A stretch of 64,000 nt of DNA from Octopus sinensis. Lineage: Eukaryota. The stretch's first letter is position 1, and each line of letters begins with the position of its first letter. A program made the position numbers and the translations under genes. This document shows, piece after piece, positions 37,219 to 50,522 of this stretch. The DNA lies in assembly GCF_006345805.1 (NCBI RefSeq), contig NC_043013.1, positions 54,622,001 to 54,686,000 of the forward strand, read 5' to 3'. The notes below the pieces were generated by a model that was given only the letters and a program-made list of their open reading frames with translations, ran no database searches and was not told the origin of the DNA.

Positions 37219-38221
37219 TTCAGAAGATGCATAGATGTTTTGTTATGCAAAATTATTCTTTAGAGTGGCAAGGCAGTAATTTTCATAAAGTATTCAAGTA
37301 GTAGCTGTTCTGGTATGTTGTTAAATGTTCATTTTGATAGGAGAAGGTCTTGATGCATGTGGAAATATTTAATTGATACTGTATCCCAGCATATCTTAGT
37401 GAATTGCTGAATATTGTTAGGTATATATAATTACATGGGTATCTTGAGATATTCATGTGTGAGCCATGCCTAAAATATAATCACTTTGTAGCAGTTGGTT
37501 CTGTGTATCATCATCACTGGGATCCATTTTAGAGATTCTCTGATGTAAATTTAAGAGATACAGTATCAGAGTTCAGTTGACATTACAGCTATGTCAGCCT
37601 GGCCTCAGTGTAGGCTTGTTGTTCATATATTCAGGAACTGTTGTGGTAATTAGCTTAATGGTGCCAGGGAGATTTGGTGACAGGGCTATCTTTGTTATAT
37701 CAGCAAATTAAACAAGAACAGAGAAATTTGTTTGGTGTTATCATTCACTGATTACACACACATCAAAATTTAATTCATTCTGTAGATATATAAACAGTAA
37801 ATGGTAAGCAGTAATCAAATATGAAGAACCTTTTGTTTTAGTCTTTCAACATTACTGAGTGAGATTAGATATGGAAATTTGGTCATTCCGGTGCAGTACC
37901 AACAAAGATTTTAGTGTTTCATATAAACTCTGATGATTTTTTTAATCATAGCCTATTATATCCATCTATACATGATATATGTTGAGCTGCTAAGTTAGGG
38001 GACAGGAAGGTACACAACACTGGGGTTATTTTTTAGACATATATAAATATATATATATGTATGTATATAAGCACACATACTACATAAATATATTATAAAC
38101 ACACACACACATACACACAAACAGAGACACATACACATATATCAAATTTTACAAGGAAAAACTTAGCAGTGATGAAGTTTCAAGCAAGTGAAACTTCAAA
38201 GTTCCAGTGAATCACATAATC

Positions 38222-38490
38222 CTCCTCCTCATCATTATCGTTTAACGTCCGTTTTCCATGCTAGCATGGGTTGAACGATTGACTGAGGGCTGGCGAACCA
38301 GATGGCTACACCAGGCTTCAATCTTGATCTGGCGGAGTTTCTACAGCTGGATGTCCTTCCTAATGCCAACCACTCTGAGAGTGTAGTGGGTGCTTTTACG
38401 TGACACCAGCACGGGGCCAGTCAGGCAGTACTGGCAATGACCTCACTCAAATCTTTTACACATGCCACCGGCACAGGTGTCAGTAAGGTG
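38222..38490 (-). mobile_element. Family C (RTE-type tail) copy
   Basis: tttaacgtccgttttccatgctagcatgggttgaacg...cagctggatgtccttcctaatgccaaccactctgagagtgtagtgggtgc. Confidence 0.85.
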
Positions 38491-38596
38491 GAATATGTAT
38501 GCCTGTATTATTATTAGCATTGAGAAATCCTTCAGTTTAATGTTAAACTGTCTTTATATATAACTTCTCATAAAAACAAACATAATTAAATACATT

Positions 38597-38815
38597 TATG
38601 CGTTTAGAGGGAATAGAGACAGTAGATACATACTGCATATATTTCCAAGGGAAACTGGATGGAAGTTATATAGCATCAGGCTAATTACATACATTACCTG
38701 TATATCTCTTTCTCAGGTAATTACATTTATTGTTTACAGGTTCTTTGTCTAAAAGAAATATTGGGGGCATATAAATGTATGGGCGTACACACATACATAC
38801 ATATATATATGTATG

Positions 38816-38847
<32 letters not shown>

Positions 38848-39040
38848 GGGAGTTTAACTCCAAACTTACAGGGAAAAATTCAATTTAGTATTAAATCAAA
38901 TTTCACAGTATATATATATATATAATATATGAAAAAGAGACACTGATTATGTATGTAATTACCCTGATGGTATATAACTTCCATTCAATTTCTCTTGGAA
39001 ACATGCAGTATCTACCATCTCCATTCCCTCTAAACACATA
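38597..39040. mobile_element. Foldback MITE with TIRs of about 95 bp
   Basis: 38597-38694 is the imperfect reverse complement of 38949-39040 (for example ggaagttatata.catcagg.taattacatacat); the ends are TA. Confidence 0.75.
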
Positions 39041-39603
39041 TATATATACATATAGATATGTGTGTGTGTGTGCATGTGTGTGTAGTAACTTATGTGTTGA
39101 TTGAGACTGTTGTTATTCTTAAAATAGCTTTAAAATAATAACCTCACTTTGACACACACACATATTTGATGGTCTTCAATTCAATTTCCATCCACTAATG
39201 ATTGGTCAAACCAAAGTTATGGTAGAAGAGACTTGTCCAAGCACCATGCGGCAGAACTGAACCCAGATCAATGAGATTACAATAGAAACATCTTAATCAC
39301 ACAGCCTTGTCAGTAAGTATATTTACTATTTTTGTTGTAGTCTAAGTAAAACTGTTCTGCATACCAATAACTCGTTAATTCCCAGAGAACTTCCCAACTT
39401 AGTAACGTATTTCAAATGTTTCGCCATTTCGCAGACTGATTTGGTGAATCTGCATACAAAGTTTATTGAATGACAGTCACAGGATTTAGAGCAGAAACTA
39501 TTAAAAATGCATTAAATGTTCACTTGGAAATTTCAAGCAGATCTCATTTACAGGAACACTTTAGTGTTATGTCAACTGTGTTGTCGGTATGTGGGTAGAT
39601 CCA

Positions 39604-39635
<32 letters not shown>

Positions 39636-39743
39636 GTGGGTATCAGGTGGAAGGTATATTTGTTGCCACCTAAGTCAACCAAATTCCTTTGTATATATGT
39701 GTAGTATGCATGTTTGTTTGTGTGTGTACACATACACACACAT

Positions 39744-40121
39744 TCTCTAGAAAAACGACGACGCTGTGGTGATCTCATTCTCGCTCACAACATCATAAGC
39801 GGAAAGTCTAACCTCTCGAAAGAGCTGTTCTTCACTCCTGCTCCAGAGCGTCGGCTGCGGGGTCATTCCGAAAAGCTCTACTTGCAACGATTTCATCTCA
39901 ATCAAAGGAGAGGGGCTTTCTCTGTCCGAGTTGCAGATCCGTGGAATAAGCTGCCGGACGAAATGGTGAAGATGTCGACGACTGCTCGGTTCAAAGTCTC
40001 CCTTGACCAGAAATGGCCTGAACTCTTTACATGAGCACCACCCTGTACATAACTCCATGTCCCCCTACATGGCCTTGCTTTTTGCTTTTTGAGCCAAAAT
40101 TTAACTAACTAACTAACTAAC
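39744..40121 (+). pseudogene. Young 5'-truncated CR1-clade LINE (ORF2 C-terminus, 3' UTR, (TAAC)n tail)
   Basis: Uninterrupted frame SLEKRRRCGDLILAHNII...LRGHSEKL...RRGAFSVRVADPWNKLPDEMV...FKVSLDQKWPELFT* (stop at 40032-40034), the classic CR1 C-terminal signature; it is CpG-rich and ends in (TAAC)5 at 40102-40121. Confidence 0.92.
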
Positions 40122-41039
40122 GTATATATATATATAAACATGTGTGTATGTAGGTCCCAATTCTAGCAGCTTTAATAGCTAATGTCTAAACACCATGGAT
40201 TGGTTTGAGAGAAGACAAACAGGTAGAATGGGAGTAGATAGATATGGCTAGAGTTATGTGATCTAATTAGAGAGATGCATGTGTATATGTGTGTATGCAC
40301 ATGCTTAAATGTCTGTGAATGTTGTCCATCAGCATTTGAGTGAAACCATGCTGATGTGGACATTTCTTGTTGGCATTATGACAGTGCGTTTGCTTTCAAA
40401 GATGTGAAGAATATAAAAAAAAAATCCCTTAACTGATAAACAGGTGAGGGTTAGTGACAGGAAGAGCAGCATCCAGCTATAAAATTCTGCCTCAAAATCA
40501 ATTCCAACTGAAACCAGGCTAACACGGAAAAACAAATTTTACATAAACAAATGAACATACACACGTGTATATATGCAAATGTATCTTTTTACAATGCCTC
40601 TTTCATTAGGCTATATATACCTTGGAACATATTAGTGAATGTGCAGTGTCACTGGAAGGTGATTACCTGCATTTCATGCAGATCTATAGTGTGTACCTTG
40701 TTTGAAGGTTCAGGGATAAAGAGCTTTTGTTTTGTGCAAGTATTCACATGTGATGAGCTGCACAGCTAAATGCATTTTAATGAACAAGATAAGAATGAAC
40801 TCACATAATGAACACATTATGCAAATTATTATATTCTGCCGCTAATTGGATTAAATACTGAATGAGGGACTTCAAGTTTGAGTATGATTAATCTCACGAA
40901 GTCTTTCAACTAAATAGATAGATAAAACCTTGGAGCAGAAAATTTGGTAAACGATAGCATGAAGAAGACTCCCAAACAGAAAGTATCCTACTAGAGAAAT
41001 TTCACAACTCCACTGTGTGTATGTGTGTGTGTGTGTGTG

Positions 41040-41103
<64 letters not shown>

Positions 41104-41638
41104 ATGTATGCACAGACGTTTTCAAAATAGAAAAAGTTGTTCCAAAGCTAAAGCACAATGAAAAACGTATGAAGTTGAGTATGAAGGATCAAGAGAGAGA
41201 GAGAGAGAGTATATATTGCAGACATATCAAACCCATGCCAGATGTTAGAAACCAATGTTGATGATAACTTAATTATTCAAAAATACACAACTAAATCCAC
41301 TATAAATGTAAAAAAAATAGAAGGGAGAAAAGATGGGTTGAGGGAAAGATGGAGAGACACAGTGGGCAGCGAGAGAGAGAGAGAGATGTACACCTATGTC
41401 TCAGAAAGAAATAATTCAAAATCTTTAGATTCTAATCCTCAAGATTTTAGTTCACATACAGATTTTGTGTGTGCGTGTGTGTGTCTGCATATGTGTACCC
41501 ACACGTGTGCGCAAACCATATAAAGTGATAGAAATATGTGTATATTGCAATATGCATGTACATTAGTAAGAATATAGAGACACACACACACAAATATATA
41601 AAACTGTAAATATGTATCCATATATGTGTGTGTGTGTG

Positions 41639-41686
<48 letters not shown>

Positions 41687-43034
41687 CATACATATATATT
41701 TATACATACATACATATATATACATACATACATACATATATATATATGCATACATACATACATACATATATATACATATATATATACATATACATATATA
41801 CACATATATACATATACATATATATACATACATACATATATACACATATATACATATACATATATATACATACATACTATATATACACACATACATATAA
41901 TACATACATACATATATACATACATACATATATATACATACATACATACATACATACATACCTACATATATACATACATACATATATATACATATACATA
42001 TATATCATACATACATAATACATACATATATACATACATATACATATACATACATACATATATATATACATACATATATACATACATATATATATATTAT
42101 ATATATATATATGAGGATAAAATAGGATAAAACAAAGAAGAAATGAGACTAGAAAATTTTTGTTTTTATTGGTGGAAAGGTGAGCTGTTGTTATGTTGTG
42201 GTATACAACAGATTCTCCTTGAGCAGAAAGATTTTTATCTCGAGAAAATCAGATGAGAGAGTTCAGTTGAAAGATAGAAAATTCACATCTAAGACAGACC
42301 ACAGACAGCAACTGGTCTTGTCAATCATCTGTTATCTTAGTAAACTAGCAAAGAGTGAGAACCAAGTCAGATGTGAGAGAAAATAGTCAAAGCAGATGGC
42401 AGCACAGTTGTGCGACTGTCGATGTGAGTAGAAATTGTTGCTACTATCAGATCGTAATTCTGGAAACAGAACTACAAAAAAGGTTTTCTCTGTTGTTTTC
42501 CAATGGGAAATAAAACTCATATTTTTACCATTTACCTTCCTCAGTCAGCTGCAGCTAAGATGCTAGGAATTGCTCATCACCATTACTTTCACTATATCCA
42601 CACTTTCATGTTGTCTCAGCCAATAACATCAATATATTAGAAAATGACTATTTTTAAATCTCACAAACAGAGATATTCAGCAACAGTACTTTGGAGTAAA
42701 GACTGTTTGCCAACATAACATGGCAGTCCTGGTTTAAGATGAATGTTACTGTAATTTAGCCCCAGGAGACATCCTTTCCAGCCGGCTATACAACACAATC
42801 TGTGTCTTTATATTTTCGAACAAGGGAATCTAGCACCCCCCACTCAGCTCAAAACAATATCTGTGTATTGCGATTTCTGGGTTATTTCCCTTCACCAGCA
42901 CAGAATAACTGTTTGGCTACAGGTGTCGCTGCCAAATTCCCATTCGAAATATATAGTTTTCAAAGTGACAACCAGTCACTGATTCATAAATTAGAAAATT
43001 ACTATTACTATACACCACCACTATATCTCACATC

Positions 43035-43310
43035 TAGCCAAAACTGTATATGTGTGTGTCTTTGTGTCTGTGTTTGCCCCCCCACCACTGATTGACAACC
43101 AGTGTTGGTGTATTTACATCCTCATAGCTTAGCAGTTTGGCAAGAGAGACCAATAGAATAAGTACCAAGCTTACAAAAAAGTAAAAAAAAAAAAACGAAA
43201 ACTAAGTCATGGACTCAATTTATTCAACTAAAAATTCTTCAAGACAGTGCTGCCCCAGCATGGCCACAGTCTAATGGCTGAAACAAGTAAACGATAAAAG
43301 GTAAAGATCA
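43035..43310 (+). mobile_element. SINE family A-type 3' module
   Basis: gtttgcccccc...gacaaccagtgttggtgtatttacatcc...atagaataagtacc...gccccagcatggccacagtctaatggctgaaacaagtaaa. Confidence 0.75.
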
Positions 43311-45606
43311 AAAATAAGTTGGTCAGGGGTCAAAGGTCAGTGTGTTTGACCTCTGCAGGTCATCTTAGACAGTTGTGGCCATTATAATACCCAGGATGTA
43401 AAACCTAGGACCAGGTGGTGATGTTAAGTCAAATACCCAGACAAGTTGGCCATTGACCCCTGATTAAGCTATATACACCCATTATAACCAAAATGGGGAC
43501 TGAATGCAGAATTTGAAGTCTCTAATAGATTTGTGCTGTCTGAGAAATTCCTCACAGCTGAATGGTTTGGTGGGGGTTTTAAAGAAGCATGTTTTCTGGC
43601 TTTCAAAATCCACAAAGTTTATAAAAATCTTCTCATGAATTCTTCAAATTTTCCTTGAGATTCCGTTCTAAACAAATCGTTAAAACTACATTTGTTATAG
43701 TTTTGGTTAGAAGTGAGATGTAGTCAGGGTGAAATTGGTTTGTCGCAGTTCTGCTGAAAGACCGAATGGTTATATAATGCAAAACAAACTTGGTTTAATT
43801 CAGTTTCTTCCAGTGTAAATGAAGATAAACTATTTAGATCCAGGTACTTTTTACTATGCTGCTGTTAGGTAAATTAATTATTCCAACAATATTTACAGAT
43901 CTAAGTCTGTAAATATAAAGGAAGAGACAGTTTCATGTCTGTCATTACTGACAGAGATTGATTCCATAAACATTGGAATAGGCTTTGTTTTATTACATTT
44001 GACAACCATTCCTCTAGTCTAGGCATTATTACCATCACCAGCAATGACCTTATCCTCATCGTTATCGTCATATATCTAACTCTGTTGGCTTGTTTGTCAG
44101 GATTCAAGATATTTCATTGGAAACAGCAGCTATGTCTTGTACGTATGATGAAACTTTCTGACACTTCATAGTACACAGCACTATCAGGAAACAAAACAAA
44201 TGTAACAGTTTCTATGTATTTTAAACATCTTAATGTGACTTTTCCATCATGTCATGATATGACATCATTGTTTATCACTACCCTCTATACACAACACACA
44301 CTCTCTCTCTCTCTCTCTCTCTCCACTCACACACACACACTCTCTCTCTCTCTCTCTCCACTCACACACACATGCAGAAATATGTATGTGTGCATGAAAT
44401 GGTGATGCTGTGTGGCAGAACGGTCACCTCGTATTTCCGGTCCGGATATTCATTATGTCCTAAAGATCTTTGCTCTGGAAACACTATAACAAAAATTGCT
44501 TCATGGGTAAGAGTTGGTGACAAAAAGAGCATCCAGCTGGAAAAGATACTCTTTTTAATAAGTACCTATCAAACCCATGCCAGAAAAGAAAAATAAATGT
44601 AAAAGGAACAAAGGTACATGTGTATGTGTGCGCGCGTATGTATTATAGATGTGTGTGTGTATGTGAGTGTATATGTATATATATAATAAACATAATAGAA
44701 AATATGGAAAATATTGCAGAAAAAGAGAGTGAAGGAGCCTAATATATACAAAATACAGTCATAAATATGCATGAATATACACATGTAATATATACAGACA
44801 TTTATACACACACACATACACACACATATACATATTACATGCAATATATTCATAAATAAGTACTTACACGCAGTGGGTGCATATGACTATATATAAATAT
44901 ATATATATGTATATATATATATGTATATATATATATGTATATATATATATGTATATATTAATCTATCTATTCATATATATATATGTGTGTGTGTATATGC
45001 ATATATCTGTCTATCTATCTATATTATATATATATATATATATCCATATCTTGTATATAATATATTCATAAAGAAATACACATATACGTACATATATGAA
45101 TGCATTGTAACAGATATATTTTTCCCCCTCCACTAATATAAAAATAATTCAAATATTCTCTGAAAGTACTTTAGTCTTGTAACACCAACATATCCTCTCC
45201 ATATAAAAGCGTCCTATTGTTATATTTTTCCACACAAGTATTCTTTGCCAGCAAGCATCATGAAATGGAATATGGTTTTCAAAAATCTTTCATGACTCTT
45301 GAAAAGATATCTATGTATGAGAGAGATAAAAAAAAAAGGAAAAATAGAGAAGAAAAAAGCAAACAGAAATCATAACACGAACGAATAAATAAGCATACTT
45401 GAAAAAAACCAAAAAAACTGTACCATGTAAATAGAAAAATCTCATTGCTTTGATATGTACGCATGAGTTTTTGTAAACAAAACCACCTAGTGGGATATAA
45501 AGAATAGTGGATTTTATTTTTAATGGTATATTTGAAAGTCCCACTATATACGTGAGTGTGTGTGTGTGTGTGTGTATTGTCATGCACATTTATAGTTTGT
45601 AGAATG

Positions 45607-45659
<53 letters not shown>

Positions 45660-45787
45660 ATAAATGTATATAGAATATGCTCATTTATAATGTAAACATA
45701 CAGAAATATATTTACACACCTAAATACATAAAGAACATTTGTGTGTGTGTGTATATATATACATACACACACACACATATATATATG

Positions 45788-45833
<46 letters not shown>

Positions 45834-45865
45834 ATTCAGTTATATATAAATATATCTATGAATGC

Positions 45866-45908
<43 letters not shown>

Positions 45909-46488
45909 CATACATTCATTCATAGATGTATTTATATATACAAACACACGCACACACATATATATATATATATAAATGTATATACATCAGCATATTTTCA
46001 TATATACTATATAGAGATGTGTACCTATACACATACATATATATAAATAAATATAATTACATTTTAAAAAATATATACACATAAATATACATATACACAA
46101 AGATATATAATTATACATATAATAAGCATACATATATGAATATACATATATATATATGTATAAACATGTATACCTGCACATACATATGTTTATATACATA
46201 AACATGTATACATATATGTACATGCATAAACATGTATACATACACACACACACACATGCATGCACACACACATATATACATACATACACACACAGTGCTA
46301 GATAGGTAGATAGATATTAATATATAGAGGCATGGCTGTGTGGTAAGAAGGCTGCTTCTCAATCACATGGTTCCAAGTTCAGTCCCACTCTGTGGTGCTT
46401 TACACAAGCGTTTTCTACAACAATCCTAGGTTGATCATTGCTTTGCATGTGTCGTCAGTAGATGGATAATGTAAGACAATCCCATGGC

Positions 46489-46543
<55 letters not shown>

Positions 46544-47251
46544 TGTGTGTGAGTGTGTGTGGTACTGTCTCCTTGCCTTGATATCACATGACATTTCTGC
46601 TACAATCTTTCAAGTGGTGGCCTTCATTTACAATCTTCCATATGCATATGTCTGGCCATGGGGAAATATTACCCTATTATTTTGAAACAATTATGTATTG
46701 TATGCATATATTCATAACTGTGTGTGTATATATAGACACATACATATATGCACAGATATATACATAAACATATGTATGCTGATATATATATATACACACA
46801 CACGCATGGTTACACACAAAATTATTAAAATATGCATATTTCCATGAATGGATAATTCATTATGTTGCGTACATAATTACTGACGCAATACACCCAACCA
46901 GCTTTACAGACATCCCCCACCCTCTGTACACAACATACCCCACTCCACACATAAATATTCCACCGAAAGTCATTGATCTATTACACATAATGAAAGTTAG
47001 CCTAATTACAGTTCATCGCACGGCGAAACACTAATTATTGATTCTACAGTTCCACAATAAAAACCTAGGGACCAGTTCTAGTATACACCCTAACCCAACT
47101 CATTTACTGTGCCTTTATAATGTGTATAGGACTCAACATCAAACCAGGTTACAATTAGAGGGGAGGGGTCCTTTCCATGTTACAAGTCGCTCTCGATTTT
47201 TCTACATTTATTTACATATCTCTGCATGTGTGTGTATATTTATATACATGC

Positions 47252-47340
<89 letters not shown>

Positions 47341-47352
47341 TATATATATATG

Positions 47353-47436
<84 letters not shown>

Positions 47437-47685
47437 TATATATATATATATGTATGTACACTTCTAATATAGGTTAAAATTTTTTTCAATAAATTTCATT
47501 AAGTAGCCAGCATGTTAAAGTACCTTTAAAGGTGAAAATTATAAACAATTATAAATAAAGGCAAAAGAAAAACATTTTTCTCCTGCCTTATTATATATAT
47601 ATACATACACATAGATTTCTTATAAGCTGAAATATATATATATATATATAGATATATATATACAGCATGTACATATCCACATAGT

Positions 47686-47734
<49 letters not shown>

Positions 47735-48650
47735 ACATATATAGATGGATACATACACACAGACACATGTTCAAGTAAGCTTAAATGTATACAAACTCAT
47801 CCATTTAACCAATCAGAAATCCAGAGGCTTAACGCTAAAATCTATGGCTCGACACCATCAATTCTCCTCCATTTCAAGGGCATTTTTGTTCCATATTTTT
47901 CATCTGAAATTTTTATCGATATTTTTGGAGGGTCTTTGGTTTATGTTTGTTTTATTTTCTTCCAGGTCAGATTCTGCGACTGTCTAGTGGCATCTTGGTG
48001 TTAATGGATAATCTTCATGCTGTGGTTTATACATTTATACTATAAGGGAAAGGGGAAAAAGAAAAACCATTCATGGTTATGGTTGTCATCCTTCTTCCTT
48101 TTTTTCTTTTCCCACTCCTCCTCCTCCTCATCTATCAATGTTCTTCACTCTCCTCCTCATTCCTTCTGGCATGTTTCCTCTCTTTCATTCTTCAACTCAC
48201 TTATGTCCTTCAATTTACATGAGTTTTCCTTTTTTTTCTTTTCTCTCTCCTTTATTTCTCTAAATACACATCTTTAGCTACTCTGCTTTCATGTTTACAT
48301 GCAATAAACAAATAAATACCAAATAATAATAATAATAATAATAGCAAATGAATAAATAAATAAATAGAGAAAACTGGAATGACAAAAGAATCAAGATGAG
48401 AAGACAAAAGGAAGCAAAGATTCCTTCACCAAACAGTAGAAATCAATCAAATTGCACGGGAATGGATAGGACGTCCTTTTAGAATTACTTTTACAGATCT
48501 ACTCTAGAAAGACTACTTGAGTATTCAAAGAACATGACATCAATATTCAGTCAAAGAATACACACTGGAATCATAAGTGATATGAGGATCTCCAATAGAA
48601 ATGAACCACACAGACGGTTTGGCTCTCTTCTACAATCTACGTGTTGTAAA

Positions 48651-48828
48651 TGTGTATATAGGTGTGCACATGTAAGATGTGTATATAGGTGTGCACATGT
48701 AAGATGTGTATATAGGTGTGCACATGTAAGATGTGTATATAGGTGTGCACATGTAAGATGTGTATATAGGTGTGCACATGTAAGATGTGTATATAGGTGT
48801 GCACATGTAAGATGTGTATATAGGTGTG
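48651..48828. repeat. Perfect 27-bp minisatellite, 6.6 copies
   Basis: The unit tgtgtatataggtgtgcacatgtaaga starts at 48651, 48678, 48705, 48732, 48759 and 48786, with a partial copy at 48813. Confidence 0.97.
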
Positions 48829-49729
48829 GTTATGTATTTGCATGTGCACATGTGTTTGCATGAGCCATGAACATGTGCATGCGCGTGTGTGTGTGTGTGC
48901 GTATGTGTACGTGCACACCCAAACACACTTACATATGGAGATATGTAGTATTGCTATTTAGAAATAAATGTATGCAAAGATGAAAGTTGCTTGCATATGG
49001 GCTGATGTAAGTATGTGTGAGTGTATGTATATATGTGCTGTATATATAAGTACAGACACACAAATAGCTTTAGATGTTGACAAAACTAAAGGGTCTTCCA
49101 GTGCCTCATCAGTAAAACAGGGGGTTGTTTGCGAATTTCACAGTGGAATAGAAGCCAGTGCTGTACTGCTGTTTGCCTGACTTGTGCTCTGTGTGGTTGG
49201 ATAAAAAGGATTATAATATTTGGGCTGCAAATCACTCACTTTAAAGTAAAAAAAAAATGGAATTTATTCATTTTCAGCAAAGAGCAAATATGGTCATTGT
49301 AGAAATAAGCATCTCACATTTTAATTAAAATATTTCTTATGTGCAAAGTGGTTAGCAGTGTGCTCAATAAAAGTGGGGGGAAAAGAAACATGTTTAATGT
49401 TATAATATAATATTTCATATAAACAAAGCTAAAACTAAGAAATATATTAAGGTGAAATCAATCTCTCTGGCTGTCAGTCTCTCTTTCCACACGCACGCAT
49501 GCACGCACGCACGCACGCACGCACGCGCGCACGCGCGCACGCGCGCACACACACACACACAGAGAGCAGTATGACGATAGCTTCACTGGCTGAAACGTCA
49601 AAGTCACTGTCAATATTCTTGTTTAACAATAATTTGTGCTCTACAAAAGTATAGAGTAACCGATTGGTTAATGTCAATATTCTTTCTATTGTAACTGAAC
49701 CCAAAAACAAAATGGTAAGAACCTTGATT

Positions 49730-50085
49730 CCCAACCACATGATTACTAGTTCTGCTCCACAATGTGACGCATTGACCCTTCGGCTATAGTCTTGGGCCTA
49801 CAAAAGCCTTGTGAGTAAGCAAAAACTGGAAGAAGCCTATATTATATATATATATGTGGTGGTGGGTCTCTTTTTGTCTGTTTGTCCCCCCCCACCACTT
49901 AACAGCCAGTGTTGGTCTGCTTACATTCCTCTAACTCAGTAGTTTGGCAAAAGAGCCCAACAGAGTAAGTACCAGTTTTAACAACGAATTAAATTCTGGG
50001 GTCAATCCAGTCAACTAAAAATTCTTCAAGTTGGTGCCCCAGCATGGCCGTAGTCTAATGACTGAAAGAAGCAAACATTAAAAGA
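49730..50085 (+). mobile_element. Decayed SINE family A
   Basis: Head remnant (cccaaccacatg...ctatagtcttgggcc..caaaagccttgtgagt), hinge, and a 3' module ending gtgccccagcatggccgtagtctaatgactgaaa. Confidence 0.7.
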
Positions 50086-50131
50086 TATATATGTGTATGT
50101 GTGTGTGTGTGCGTGTGTGTATAACTGAAGC

Positions 50132-50283
50132 ATTAAAATTAATCAAAGTACATACTAAGTGTGTCTACCTGCTGGAAATAACAGTCAAAACTATTTAAAT
50201 TGCCAAAACTCTCAGTAACAGAGGTTTTGACTGTTATTTCCAGCAGGTAGACACACTTAGTATGTACTTTGATTAATTTTAAT
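50132..50283. repeat. Perfect 60-bp inverted repeat with a 32-nt spacer
   Basis: 50132-50191 is the exact reverse complement of 50224-50283. Confidence 0.95.
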
Positions 50284-50440
50284 ATTTCAGCTATTTAATG
50301 CACTTTTAGGGCCTGCAATCACATATATTATTGGTTCTGTTATTATCATTTTTAAATTGTTACTCTAGATAATAAAAGAGTCAATGATATCTTTGTAGAT
50401 TATTTTTTTGTTGAAATATTTTTCTCTTGAATTATTTGCT

Positions 50441-50522
<82 letters not shown>

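Noticed and set aside
43889-43916. 11-bp perfect hairpin atatttacaga-tctaag-tctgtaaatat as a terminator or miRNA
   Set aside because: The stem is short and AT-rich in an AT-rich genome, too short for a pre-miRNA, and intrinsic terminators do not apply here.
48546-48570. SQRIHTG as a C2H2 zinc-finger linker
   Set aside because: The required Cys and first His residues are absent and EKP does not follow.
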